64,000 nucleotides of DNA from the sequence record HQ630627.1. One strand, given 5' to 3'. The notes below the pieces were generated by a model, which saw only the letters and a list, made by a program, of their open reading frames with translations, was not told the origin of the DNA and made no database searches. Below, piece after piece: positions 1-8,161 of the stretch (position 1 is the stretch's first letter; each line of letters starts with the position of its first letter). The position numbers and the translations under genes were made by a program. Origin of the DNA: Pseudomonas phage PhiPA3.

Positions 1-20
1 GGATGTAAGCGGTATAAAGC

Positions 21-58
21 GGGAGCCTTCGGGCTCCCTGCTTTTCCTTTTCTTTTTT
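21..58 (+). terminator. rho-independent terminator (GGGAGCC-UUCG-GGCUCCC plus T-run)
   Basis: perfect 7-bp GC stem with UUCG tetraloop followed by tgcttttccttttcttttttg. Confidence 0.7.
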
Positions 59-80
59 GCCATTAAATTTTATTTCAAAT

Positions 81-89
81 CTATATTAC
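81..89 (+). promoter_or_regulatory. promoter-like element, core CTATATTAC (class A: AT-rich upstream, ACgtctttgct downstream)
   Basis: one of 8 copies of a conserved 9-mer, located after a terminator and ~40 nt upstream of ATG 128. Confidence 0.5.
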
Positions 90-127
90 GTCTTTGCTGA
101 ACCAACACTCAATCATTAGGGGTAATC

Positions 128-916
128 ATGATCACGCTTAAAAAGTCGCTGACCCAGTGCACGCTGGATAGCTGGTATACCTTCATGGCTGAGAACAGCC
201 TGTCTCGTTTTGATTGTCTGATTGATATTGGCTATCTGGATGAACCACTGCGTAAGATTCTGGAGAAGCACCCGATGTACCGTGGGGATGGTACCATTCT
301 CCTGAACCTGTCTGTGAATGCCTGTAAGCACATTAACTACAGAGGCGATGCATTTACCGGTGAGATCGGTCTTCAGGGTCGTCCGACTTCCCTGTATATC
401 CCGTACCATGCGTTCGTTTCATTGCAGATTCCGCTGTCGGAAACGGCTACAGTAGAAGCCAGTTTCCCGATCTACGACCGACTGGTATTCGATGCTCAGA
501 ACCCCACCTTCGTACACCCGTACGCTGAAGCTGGGCAACAATCGCTCCTCACTATTGCTCCTGAAGCTGTAGTGAAGTGGATGCACAATGAAGGCCACAC
601 TGAGTGTAATGTCCACAACGTCGGTGAGTTCATTAAGTACGTATGGCCTAATGGTGTACCGATGGAAGTCCAAGAATATTTGGTCGAAGAAACCGCCAAT
701 ATGCTCCGCGACCATCAAATGGCTGTACTGCAAAAGCAGTCTGCACAAGCTCCGGTTCCTTCGAATGACGATCGTATCCCGTTTGAAGAAGCTGAAATCA
801 AACCCCTGCTGGAATTCCCTGATCTCTCGGCCAATAAAGTTGTTCTGCAACAGCCGGTGGCGTCGAAGTTCAAAGGCAAGCCAACCCTGACTCTGATTAA
901 AGGAGGTAAGAAGTGA
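128..916 (+). CDS. SspB-like ClpXP adaptor protein (substrate-binding domain, acidic linker, C-terminal ClpX-binding-like tail KPTLTLIKGGKK)
   Basis: 262-aa ORF. N-terminal ~110 aa match SspB hallmark motifs by eye (WYtFmaENsLsRFdcLIDI ; RGDGtIlLNlSvnAckhInY ; FtGeiGLqGRPtSLyIPyhAfvSLqI). The C-terminus resembles the SspB RPALRVVK tail. Confidence 0.55.
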   Translation: MITLKKSLTQCTLDSWYTFMAENSLSRFDCLIDIGYLDEPLRKILEKHPMYRGDGTILLNLSVNACKHINYRGDAFTGEIGLQGRPTSLYIPYHAFVSLQIPLSETATVEASFPIYDRLVFDAQNPTFVHPYAEAGQQSLLTIAPEAVVKWMHNEGHTECNVHNVGEFIKYVWPNGVPMEVQEYLVEETANMLRDHQMAVLQKQSAQAPVPSNDDRIPFEEAEIKPLLEFPDLSANKVVLQQPVASKFKGKPTLTLIKGGKK

Positions 917-1182
917 GTGCTTCTGTCGTTGTAGGTCTTCCGACTGTTCTGCTTAGTACCATTCTCACTGCTGGGGTACAAGGTCCTGCGGGTAATAGTC
1001 AACTGGCCCAGGACTTCGAGTCTAAGGAAGCTTGCTGGCAAGCAATAGGTGCAATTCAACAAGCAACAGGTACCAATGGCGTAAAAGTACACCAGATCGA
1101 ACAAGGTGTTGTCCTTGAATATAGTTTTGAGGGCAAGAACATCCGTCGTGAAATGGTTTGTGTTAGCAAGCACAAACAGTGA
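913..1182 (+). CDS. small protein with N-terminal hydrophobic segment (possible signal peptide)
   Basis: 89-aa ORF; start overlaps previous stop (GTGA context); followed by terminator. Confidence 0.55.
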   Translation: MSASVVVGLPTVLLSTILTAGVQGPAGNSQLAQDFESKEACWQAIGAIQQATGTNGVKVHQIEQGVVLEYSFEGKNIRREMVCVSKHKQ

Positions 1183-1186
1183 ATGA

Positions 1187-1212
1187 GGGGAGTCCTACGG
1201 GACTCCCTTTAT
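1187..1212 (+). terminator. rho-independent terminator (GGGAGUCC-UACG-GGACUCCC plus UUUAUAU)
   Basis: 8-bp stem directly after stop of 913..1182. Confidence 0.7.
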
Positions 1213-1240
1213 ATCCCCTTCTCTTTTAGAGGCTTTAACA

Positions 1241-1993
1241 ATGAACCGACACAATTCCGAGGAAGTTCGCCAACTGATCGCCGATACGGCTGTGCAACTG
1301 GATACGCTGATGGAGAGTAATCACCTCAATGGCATCCGTTTCACTTTCGTGGCACCCAGTGAGGAGACCTTCAACGAACTGTCCAAGATCATTCATGAAG
1401 TTGAAAACCTGGGTCACACCATGCGTGTGCTGCGTGGGTCTCTCCATGACTTCAAAGAAATCATGGACGCTCAAGACTTTATCGTCACCGCTGGTAACAG
1501 TTACGGACACATGACTGGTGGTCTGGATGGTGCTCTGGCTGATATCTATCCTGATCTGATCAAACGCGTTCCATCTACCATTGCTCTTAAGTGTCATGGC
1601 GAGCTCAATGTGGGTGATGGTGTACTGGTGCATCGACATATCCAAGAACCCATCTACGAGAAGATCGTGTACAAGGATCAATACCTGGTTTACGTGCCGA
1701 CCATGCGTACTCCACGTCGGTTGGCAAAAGGTAGTGATGTACCTTATCTGGCTACCCACAAGGCCCTGAGTCTGATTCGCCAAGGCCTGATCCAACATCC
1801 TACCTTCCGTAATGTGTTCATGACCCTCATGGGTACTGGCACTGGTAACATTCCCGTGAAGGTAGCAGTCGAGCAATTCCTGCTGGCTCTTCGGAAAGCT
1901 ACTCGGATTGTCAATGTTAAGAAGCTGTTCGATGATGGTAAAGACGTCGACCATGAACTGGTTAACATTTGGAAAAGGTATGGCAATGAGTAA
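1241..1993 (+). CDS. macro-domain (ADP-ribose binding/hydrolase-like) protein
   Basis: 250-aa ORF containing FIVTAGNSYGHMTGGLDGALA, which matches the macro-domain signature (vNAAN..L.GGGGVDGAIh) by eye. Confidence 0.75.
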   Translation: MNRHNSEEVRQLIADTAVQLDTLMESNHLNGIRFTFVAPSEETFNELSKIIHEVENLGHTMRVLRGSLHDFKEIMDAQDFIVTAGNSYGHMTGGLDGALADIYPDLIKRVPSTIALKCHGELNVGDGVLVHRHIQEPIYEKIVYKDQYLVYVPTMRTPRRLAKGSDVPYLATHKALSLIRQGLIQHPTFRNVFMTLMGTGTGNIPVKVAVEQFLLALRKATRIVNVKKLFDDGKDVDHELVNIWKRYGNE

Positions 1994-2381
1994 GGACAAC
2001 GTGGGGTTAACGGTCGCACAGCGCAAGATTTACTTGGATGCGCTGGATCCAGTTATTCAAAAGATCGCATATGTCATCGATAAGGATCACAAAGGTTACG
2101 AGCCTGAAGTGCAGGTGAACTTAGCTAATCGCAGCTATGACATTATCTGCACGGAGTTCATGAAGTTCAATATGCAGCGTCGAGATGACAGTCCGCAATG
2201 GCAGTCGTTCTTCGACCAGCTCAAAGTGCCTCGTGAACTTCCCCCACGTGAGTCTGAGCAAACTGAGTACGAATGGCTGTCGATGGCTGCCCGTTCTCAG
2301 AAAGCCAAAGAGATGCAAGCAGCAATGAAGTTAGACTCTGTTGACAGAGACTACGTCAATACTTGGACGGGAAAAGTATGA
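1980..2381 (+). CDS. hypothetical protein
   Basis: ORF in track 1908..2381; first ATG downstream of the upstream stop region is at 1980 (MAMSKDNV...), overlapping the macro gene stop. Confidence 0.55.
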   Translation: MAMSKDNVGLTVAQRKIYLDALDPVIQKIAYVIDKDHKGYEPEVQVNLANRSYDIICTEFMKFNMQRRDDSPQWQSFFDQLKVPRELPPRESEQTEYEWLSMAARSQKAKEMQAAMKLDSVDRDYVNTWTGKV

Positions 2382-2629
2382 GCGAAGAAGATTACGTCGC
2401 ATCTCAAATTCAACATGGTATTTGTCAGGAATTCCGTAAGGCTTACAAAGCAAAGATTGCTGTCTACAACTGCGAAGACATGCGAGTCAGCTTGGTCTAC
2501 GAAGATGGCCGTGTTGAACACTACCAACTCCAACACCCGACCGTCGTTTGCGATCCCGATGCTAGTCGTATCGTAGATGTCACCTACGACTTCTCCATGA
2601 TTGTCGGCAACAAACCAACTCTCCACTAA
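2378..2629 (+). CDS. hypothetical protein
   Basis: ORF 2363..2629; ATGA overlap start at 2378 (MSEEDYV...). Confidence 0.55.
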   Translation: MSEEDYVASQIQHGICQEFRKAYKAKIAVYNCEDMRVSLVYEDGRVEHYQLQHPTVVCDPDASRIVDVTYDFSMIVGNKPTLH

Positions 2630-2638
2630 GGAAATACA

Positions 2639-4069
2639 ATGCACGCTTATCTCCAGCTGTTGGAAGACATCAAGAAATACGGTGTCTTCAAAGGAGATCG
2701 AACCGGGACTGGTACTCAGTCCCTTTTCGGTCGTCAGTTCCGTTTTGATCTGAAAGACAACAACCTGCCGGTTGTGACCACCAAGTTCGTTCATACCCCG
2801 TCGGTTGAAGTCGAACACGTCTGGATGAAGAACGGTCTCACTAACCTGAAGTTCCTGCTCGATCACAACGTGCGGATCTGGAACGAATGGTGCAAGCCGG
2901 GTACTGAAGTGCGCGTACCGGTGGACGAAGGTGAGCTGGTTGATCTGGTTCAACGCAAGTTCAAGTACGTTGACTTCGAAATGCACCACAGCAATGAAAT
3001 CGAAGAAGACTACAAGTTCATCCTAGATGGTGCTCGTACCAACGGCGAGAAAGGTGCGGTACTGCTGATGAGTGGTAAAGCCTGGATGGATGTCGAGCGT
3101 TTCGGCCCAGGCCCCACTACTTACGACTTCTATGGTCATGCTCGTCGAGTCTGGCAAATCGTCTGCGGAGAAACTACTACCCTTAAAGTAGGGGAAGACG
3201 GCTTTGTTTACCGTCTCGTAGATGGTGATCTGGGTCCGGTGTATGGTAAGACCTGGCGTAATATCGAGGACACTCGGATCATCAAGAAGGCTGAACTCCA
3301 GAACTTCTTGGATCGTAAGTTCACATTCGTGGTGGATGTACCGGGTACATCTCTGGAAACCGATCGAGCTGTAGTTACCCGTAATATCGATCAACTGGCT
3401 GAACTGCTCCATGACCTGGAACACAATCCGGATTCGCGGCGTCTGATCATCTGTGCCTGGGACCCGGCTCTGGTTGATGAACAGGCATTGCCTCCGTGCC
3501 ACGCATTTATTCAGTTCTGGACTCGTAAGCTGGAACTGTCCGAACGTCTGAGTCTGTGGGTTTCCAATAATGCCAATGAATTCATCAAGCATCTGTTGGA
3601 TTATAAGGGGGATTGGCCGACTCAAAACGTTATTGACATCGTCAACACTGGCGAATACCAACAAGTCATTACTCAGGTAGCCGAAAGTGATTGGCTGAAG
3701 TTTGTAGAAGCATCGGGTATTGATCTGACTGGTATTCCTGAACGAGGCATTAGTTGCCAACTCTACCAGCGATCAGTTGACGCATTCCTTGGTTTGCCCT
3801 TTAACATCACCTTCTACTCGATCATGACTCATGCACTGGCCAACCAGTTCAACATGGTTGCAGAAGAGTTCATCTGGACTGGGGGTGATTGCCACATTTA
3901 TTCCAACCACCAAGAACAGACTGATCTACAACTGACTCGGAATACGTTCCCGACTCCGAAGATTCATTTCCGTGAGAAAGGTAAACCGTATCTGGAACTG
4001 GACGTAGGTGATTTCGTGATCGAAGGTTATGAGTATCACCCACACATTGCTGGCAAGGTAGCCGTCTAA
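2639..4069 (+). CDS. thyA: thymidylate synthase family (ThyA-like, dUMP-specific Asn retained) with three large insertions
   Basis: 476 aa. Contains ThyA motifs YLQLLEDI..G..KGDRTGTGTQSLFG.QFRFDL, VVTTKF, IWNEW, DLGPVYGKTWR, NPDSRRLIICAWDP, PPCHAFIQFW, SCQLYQRSVDAFLGLPFNI, WTGGDCHIYSNH. Inserts of ~110, ~30 and ~60 aa versus E. coli ThyA (264 aa). RBS aaggaaatacaATG. Confidence 0.85.
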   Translation: MHAYLQLLEDIKKYGVFKGDRTGTGTQSLFGRQFRFDLKDNNLPVVTTKFVHTPSVEVEHVWMKNGLTNLKFLLDHNVRIWNEWCKPGTEVRVPVDEGELVDLVQRKFKYVDFEMHHSNEIEEDYKFILDGARTNGEKGAVLLMSGKAWMDVERFGPGPTTYDFYGHARRVWQIVCGETTTLKVGEDGFVYRLVDGDLGPVYGKTWRNIEDTRIIKKAELQNFLDRKFTFVVDVPGTSLETDRAVVTRNIDQLAELLHDLEHNPDSRRLIICAWDPALVDEQALPPCHAFIQFWTRKLELSERLSLWVSNNANEFIKHLLDYKGDWPTQNVIDIVNTGEYQQVITQVAESDWLKFVEASGIDLTGIPERGISCQLYQRSVDAFLGLPFNITFYSIMTHALANQFNMVAEEFIWTGGDCHIYSNHQEQTDLQLTRNTFPTPKIHFREKGKPYLELDVGDFVIEGYEYHPHIAGKVAV

Positions 4070-4329
4070 TGGAAAAGACCACGTTATCGTTGGAAGAACG
4101 TTGTACCTATGGAGCTCGTCAATCGATCCGTAAGGAAAGTGAGGCATCCAATGGGTATTTTGTTTGCAACAGTTTCACAATCGGTAACGTGGCTTCTCTC
4201 AAGATCTGGCAGAAGCCCAATGTCACCGATGAAGAACTACACGTCAAGTTAGATCAGATGGGTTATCCGAAATATCTGGAAGACGTGGATCCTGTTGACC
4301 TTGTTAAACAAGAAGATACCAATGTATAA
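4069..4329 (+). CDS. hypothetical protein
   Basis: 86-aa ORF, ATG overlaps thyA stop (TAATGG). Confidence 0.55.
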   Translation: MEKTTLSLEERCTYGARQSIRKESEASNGYFVCNSFTIGNVASLKIWQKPNVTDEELHVKLDQMGYPKYLEDVDPVDLVKQEDTNV

Positions 4330-4549
4330 ACATGTAGTAGATGGAAATGAATTGAGCAGTGCAGCCATTGATGTATTCCGCAGACTGTTCAAGAAAGGTT
4401 CCCAAGATGATGGTGATCTACCGTCCAAGTCGGGGATGCTGGAACTGATCCGTTGTGGCTTCGCCATGAAGGATTACACTATGGAATTACCTAACCGGCT
4501 GACGGTGGTAGGTCAGGAAGCTGCTGAACGTTTCTTTGGAGTACGTTAA
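4322..4549 (+). CDS. hypothetical protein
   Basis: track ORF 4295..4549; ATG 4322 (MYKHVVDG) is the first start not deeply embedded in the upstream gene; the alternative start at 4295 is possible. Confidence 0.45.
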   Translation: MYKHVVDGNELSSAAIDVFRRLFKKGSQDDGDLPSKSGMLELIRCGFAMKDYTMELPNRLTVVGQEAAERFFGVR

Positions 4550-4854
4550 TGCTTGAACAATCCCAGAACTGCTTCAAAATCAACTACGCTGAAATCATCG
4601 GTAACGAAGGTAAAACCGACGGTAAGCCGCTTACTGCTTTCGGTGATGAAGCCGAAGTTCAACGTCGGCTGCAAGAGCTGGTTGACAAAGACATCCTGCG
4701 TTGTTCGATTCATTGGGGCGCGCATGACTACGCCACCTTCGATATCGATGTTCCGGGTACCGACCAGGTTCAAATCCTGAAGCCCGGTGACCGTGTGAAT
4801 TTCGTTGGTGATTCGTACGAAATCGTTATCGATCCATCTAACAAGGAAGAGTAA
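4549..4854 (+). CDS. hypothetical protein
   Basis: 101-aa ORF, TAATG overlap start. Confidence 0.6.
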   Translation: MLEQSQNCFKINYAEIIGNEGKTDGKPLTAFGDEAEVQRRLQELVDKDILRCSIHWGAHDYATFDIDVPGTDQVQILKPGDRVNFVGDSYEIVIDPSNKEE

Positions 4855-5540
4855 TGTCTACGACTAGACTGGAATACATCCTCGAAAAGATTGCCATCTC
4901 TGGTAATGGTGAACAATTCAAGCACAACTTCTGTACTTACCGAAATGGTCAAGTACTTGGGTTGGGTCGTCCTGGCGTCACCAGTCGGAAACTACGTGAT
5001 TGGTTGTTCACCCAGAATGCTCACCAGTTCCTGAGTGAAGAGGACATTAGTTATCTGATTCACTGCATGGACGCCTACAGCGCAACTGTGCATGATGACC
5101 TCAATGAGTTCCTTTGTGAGCTGGGTCTGTGGTCTCCGGGGAAAGAATCTCCTGTGGATTGTCTGGCTGCGTTCACCTACCGTCTGTTCCATGGAGACTT
5201 CGTTTCGTACGAGCGTTTCCAGCGTAACAGTCGTTTTGCTGAGGCAGCTTATGGCGCTGATATGGCTACTGAGGTATCTTACAGTAAGCCTATACCAGTA
5301 TTCACCAAGACACTGGAAGAGGCTGACCTCTGGTACGAATTTGGACAAGAGATCGCTCCGATCAATGAAGATGGTATTCGCCGTCTACCTGAGGACAAGA
5401 AGATTGTCCGGGACTGGTTGAACCAGCACAATCTCCCGTTGGTGTACACCTGCTTCGACTTCAGTCCGGAGCCTGTACCCGAGGTTGATGCATCCGATGG
5501 TGAAAAGGTTCAGGAACACAAGTGTGCCATCTGTCAATAA
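4854..5540 (+). CDS. hypothetical protein (C-terminal HKCAICQ)
   Basis: 228-aa ORF, TAATG overlap start. Confidence 0.65.
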   Translation: MSTTRLEYILEKIAISGNGEQFKHNFCTYRNGQVLGLGRPGVTSRKLRDWLFTQNAHQFLSEEDISYLIHCMDAYSATVHDDLNEFLCELGLWSPGKESPVDCLAAFTYRLFHGDFVSYERFQRNSRFAEAAYGADMATEVSYSKPIPVFTKTLEEADLWYEFGQEIAPINEDGIRRLPEDKKIVRDWLNQHNLPLVYTCFDFSPEPVPEVDASDGEKVQEHKCAICQ

Positions 5541-5650
5541 CTACTCAAGTAACGACATGAGGCTAAGGAGAACTCCATGGGTACTCTGAAGACGGACTAC
5601 ATACGCTGCCCCACTCCGCAAGGGGGTGGGGGCGAATGTGAGTCAATCAA

Positions 5651-5908
5651 ATGTCAAGCGACAAATCCAAAAAGCAGTATCGTCATCACCATGAGCAACG
5701 CCACGTTAAAGCACAGGTGGCTATCTGGCGGTTCTACAACCAACAGGCAGCCAGTCTCGACGACCGCCGGCTCGGTCGGATGCGTAAAGAACACGCATTA
5801 AACTGTGGTCGCTCTCACTGTATGCTCTGTGTGAATCCTCGTCGGACTTGGGGTCGTAAGACTCTGGCCGAAAAGGTAGCGGATATTCGCTTTAAGGAAC
5901 AACAATAA
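5651..5908 (+). CDS. small basic Cys/His-rich protein (possible Zn-binding nucleic-acid-binding protein)
   Basis: 85-aa ORF rich in K/R/H with CGRSHCMLC; ends right before terminator 5911-5937; weak RBS. Confidence 0.45.
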   Translation: MSSDKSKKQYRHHHEQRHVKAQVAIWRFYNQQAASLDDRRLGRMRKEHALNCGRSHCMLCVNPRRTWGRKTLAEKVADIRFKEQQ

Positions 5909-5910
5909 TA

Positions 5911-5937
5911 GAGGGGGCTTCGGCCCCTTCTTTTATT
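5911..5937 (+). terminator. rho-independent terminator (GGGGGC-UUCG-GCCCC plus UUCUUUUAUU)
   Basis: GC stem, UUCG loop, T-run. Confidence 0.7.
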
Positions 5938-5954
5938 CCCTCAAGGAAAATACA

Positions 5955-6263
5955 ATGCGGATAAATGATGACATGGGTTACGGGAATCTGATTGACTTCC
6001 CCGAAGAGAAATTCATGAAAGCGGGTGAGTTGGTGCTGATCCGCAAAAGAACTGCCTACGCAGGTGAAACCCCCATTGGGCTTTACCAAGTGGCGGAGGA
6101 TTGTTCTTTACCCAGACGCTACGAAGGGGAAGTCCGTGCAGACCTAGTATGGTCTGCCAAGGATAACGAGAACAGAATGCTGATCGAAGACGTTGAGAAC
6201 CTGGTTGAACAGGGTAAGCTCAAGCCAGTCGAACATACATCTATCTACTATCGGGACGAGTAA
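5955..6263 (+). CDS. hypothetical protein; ~100-aa domain paralogous to the C-terminal part of 6265..6975
   Basis: RBS caaggaaaatacaATG; shares KAGElVli..LYqVaEDC.lPrR..G.V and LVeQGKLKPvehTSiyY with the neighbouring gene. Confidence 0.7.
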   Translation: MRINDDMGYGNLIDFPEEKFMKAGELVLIRKRTAYAGETPIGLYQVAEDCSLPRRYEGEVRADLVWSAKDNENRMLIEDVENLVEQGKLKPVEHTSIYYRDE

Positions 6264-6264
6264 C

Positions 6265-6975
6265 ATGTCAATCACAATTATTGTTTTCTCTAAGGAAGAA
6301 CCGAGTGATTCCGACATCATGACGTATGTCGGTGCTATCCCTGGACTCAGTGGAGAAGATTTCCGTTACCGTCTGGCATGGAGACATCGCTGTAATAATG
6401 ACATTCACAGCACCTTGTTTCAGATTTACGATGACGAGCATCATTCCGATAACTGTCATCTGTTGTTCAGGAATGGCCTGGTTACTGTCACAACTATGAC
6501 CGAAATTGCAGAGTTCACTCAGAACCTGCAAGACGAAATTAACTTCTACAGTAGTAACTTTGAGGAAGGGGTTAAAGCCGAAGTTTACTCGATCAGCAAT
6601 GGCGATACCTTGTACATTTTCCCTGATCAGGCCCATCGTGTTCATCATCTTCTTAAAGAAGATCTGAAATTGGTCTCCGACGACGAGAAAGAAGTAGCCG
6701 AATATACGTTGCTGGATAAGGACTATGAACTCAAAGCTGGGGAAATTGTCCAGGTGTACACCCACGTTAAATATGAAGGTGTATACGGCCACGAGTTATA
6801 CGAGGTCATCGAGGACTGCGTTATTCCCAAACGTGCTAGCGGTAGCGTTCTGAATCGCTACTTTGAAAAGGATGGTCGTAGGCAGAGAAACTACGATGAC
6901 GTTCAGACCTTAGTGGACCAAGGCAAACTGAAACCTATTAAATGCACCAGTGTTATCTACAAGGCCGAAATATGA
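6265..6975 (+). CDS. hypothetical protein with C-terminal domain paralogous to 5955..6263
   Basis: track ORF 6193..6975; the ATG at 6265 (MSITIIVFSK) follows the stop of the upstream gene; C-terminus ...LVDQGKLKPIKCTSVIYKAEI. Confidence 0.65.
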   Translation: MSITIIVFSKEEPSDSDIMTYVGAIPGLSGEDFRYRLAWRHRCNNDIHSTLFQIYDDEHHSDNCHLLFRNGLVTVTTMTEIAEFTQNLQDEINFYSSNFEEGVKAEVYSISNGDTLYIFPDQAHRVHHLLKEDLKLVSDDEKEVAEYTLLDKDYELKAGEIVQVYTHVKYEGVYGHELYEVIEDCVIPKRASGSVLNRYFEKDGRRQRNYDDVQTLVDQGKLKPIKCTSVIYKAEI

Positions 6976-7172
6976 GAAATCCATTTAGTGGCAGCAGTCT
7001 GTTCGACCTCCCTGAAGAAACCCCTGAAGAGAAGCTGCGTGCGATGTTCCATCCCTTCGGCGGTGCTTTCCGCGGCGAGATGAAATCGGATCATGGCGAA
7101 CGTACCAACCGAAAGATCAAAGATCAGCCGTTCTATCAACGTGGTCCGAAGAAGCAGATGAGGAAATACTGA
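6972..7172 (+). CDS. hypothetical protein
   Basis: ATGA overlap start; 66 aa. Confidence 0.5.
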   Translation: MRNPFSGSSLFDLPEETPEEKLRAMFHPFGGAFRGEMKSDHGERTNRKIKDQPFYQRGPKKQMRKY

Positions 7173-7438
7173 TGTATCCGTTCGCTATTGCGGTTAGTCA
7201 CGTGATCGCTGTATTCCTCGTCGTCTACGCTGTTGGTGGTATGGTCATTACAGCTCGTCACGTCATTGCCTTCGAGCGAATAAAACGTTTGTTCGCTGAA
7301 GGGAAACTCCAGGAGGTTATCGCCTTTCGAAAGATGACTAAGTACGATACCCAGATGGATGGCCTGACGTATTGGTGTTGTTGGGGGTTGGGTATTACAA
7401 TCGCGATGTTGATCATTGCTGCGGGGTTAGCGCCATGA
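7172..7438 (+). CDS. small membrane protein (2 predicted TM helices)
   Basis: 88-aa ORF; hydrophobic N- and C-terminal segments; TGATG overlap start. Confidence 0.6.
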   Translation: MYPFAIAVSHVIAVFLVVYAVGGMVITARHVIAFERIKRLFAEGKLQEVIAFRKMTKYDTQMDGLTYWCCWGLGITIAMLIIAAGLAP

Positions 7439-7818
7439 GATATGAAACCTGGATTAACGCCTATCTAGCGGCTATTGAAACGTTGCGCAAGCGTCATGGA
7501 TTGCGTGCGTATTACGACAAGCCGCTGGTTGAGCCGTACTACGAGCTGGAATTCAAAATGTTCAGTAAGCCTGATGAACCTCCAGCATACCTGGTCGCTT
7601 TCATGTACGAAGGACAACGGATCCAACTCCTGGTATTTGAGAATGATTCAGGTATTCAAGGACAGTTGTATAGCCTAGCTGCTGAACTTGGCGTTGCGAT
7701 CGATTTTGACCGTGATCCTTTTGGGGCTGACACTGTATTGGTTAATACACTTGGTCCATTCGTTAAGTTGATCCACCATCTGGTATTGGATGGTTACGGG
7801 GGACGGAATGCACTATAA
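7436..7818 (+). CDS. hypothetical protein
   Basis: track 7372..7818; ATGA overlap start at 7436 (MRYETWINAY). Confidence 0.55.
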
Positions 7819-8161
7819 GCTCAAGTTCTATGACATGCTCTTCCAGAACATCGTTCAGTTCCATCTGGAGGAGGGGAGTAGCTTCAAGGACTTCGAGGTT
7901 GAAAGTACCCTTGGACATAAACTCCTCTTCCGCCGTATTCGAAATGATGGCGTGGATAAGATGTCATGGGAAATCAGGATCTCTCATGAAACTGTAGAAA
8001 TTACAGCCGATCTCAACGTCCCTGGTTACGATATCAAGATCAATAAGATCCTTGACTATGAATGGAAAGAGGTTAGTTTGGATGATCCGCGTGCGGTATT
8101 CATCGCCAGTCGGTGTTGTGCGGTTTTCGTTCGATTAATGGAGGACCAGTGGTATGTCTAG
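7806..8161 (+). CDS. hypothetical protein
   Basis: track 7790..8161; ATG 7806 (MHYKLKFYDM) after a gggggacgg RBS-like run. Confidence 0.55.

Noticed and set aside
116-1173. Minus-strand ORFs (116..409, 419..850, 496..699, 715..1173) antisense to the SspB-like gene
   Set aside because: They are fully embedded antisense to a + ORF with recognisable family motifs, and they have no RBS. They are typical antisense artefacts of a GC-balanced genome.
2639-4069. Inteins or a group I intron as explanation for the oversized thymidylate synthase
   Set aside because: The ORF is continuous. The insert boundaries lack intein junction residues (no C/S/T at +1 with a preceding HN). No intron-like noncoding interruption is present.
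5577-5801. 74-codon ORF after a strong RBS
   Set aside because: The frame is low-complexity (G/S/T-rich) and contains a stable GNRA hairpin. It is more likely a leader or regulatory region than a protein (kept as a finding, not as a CDS).
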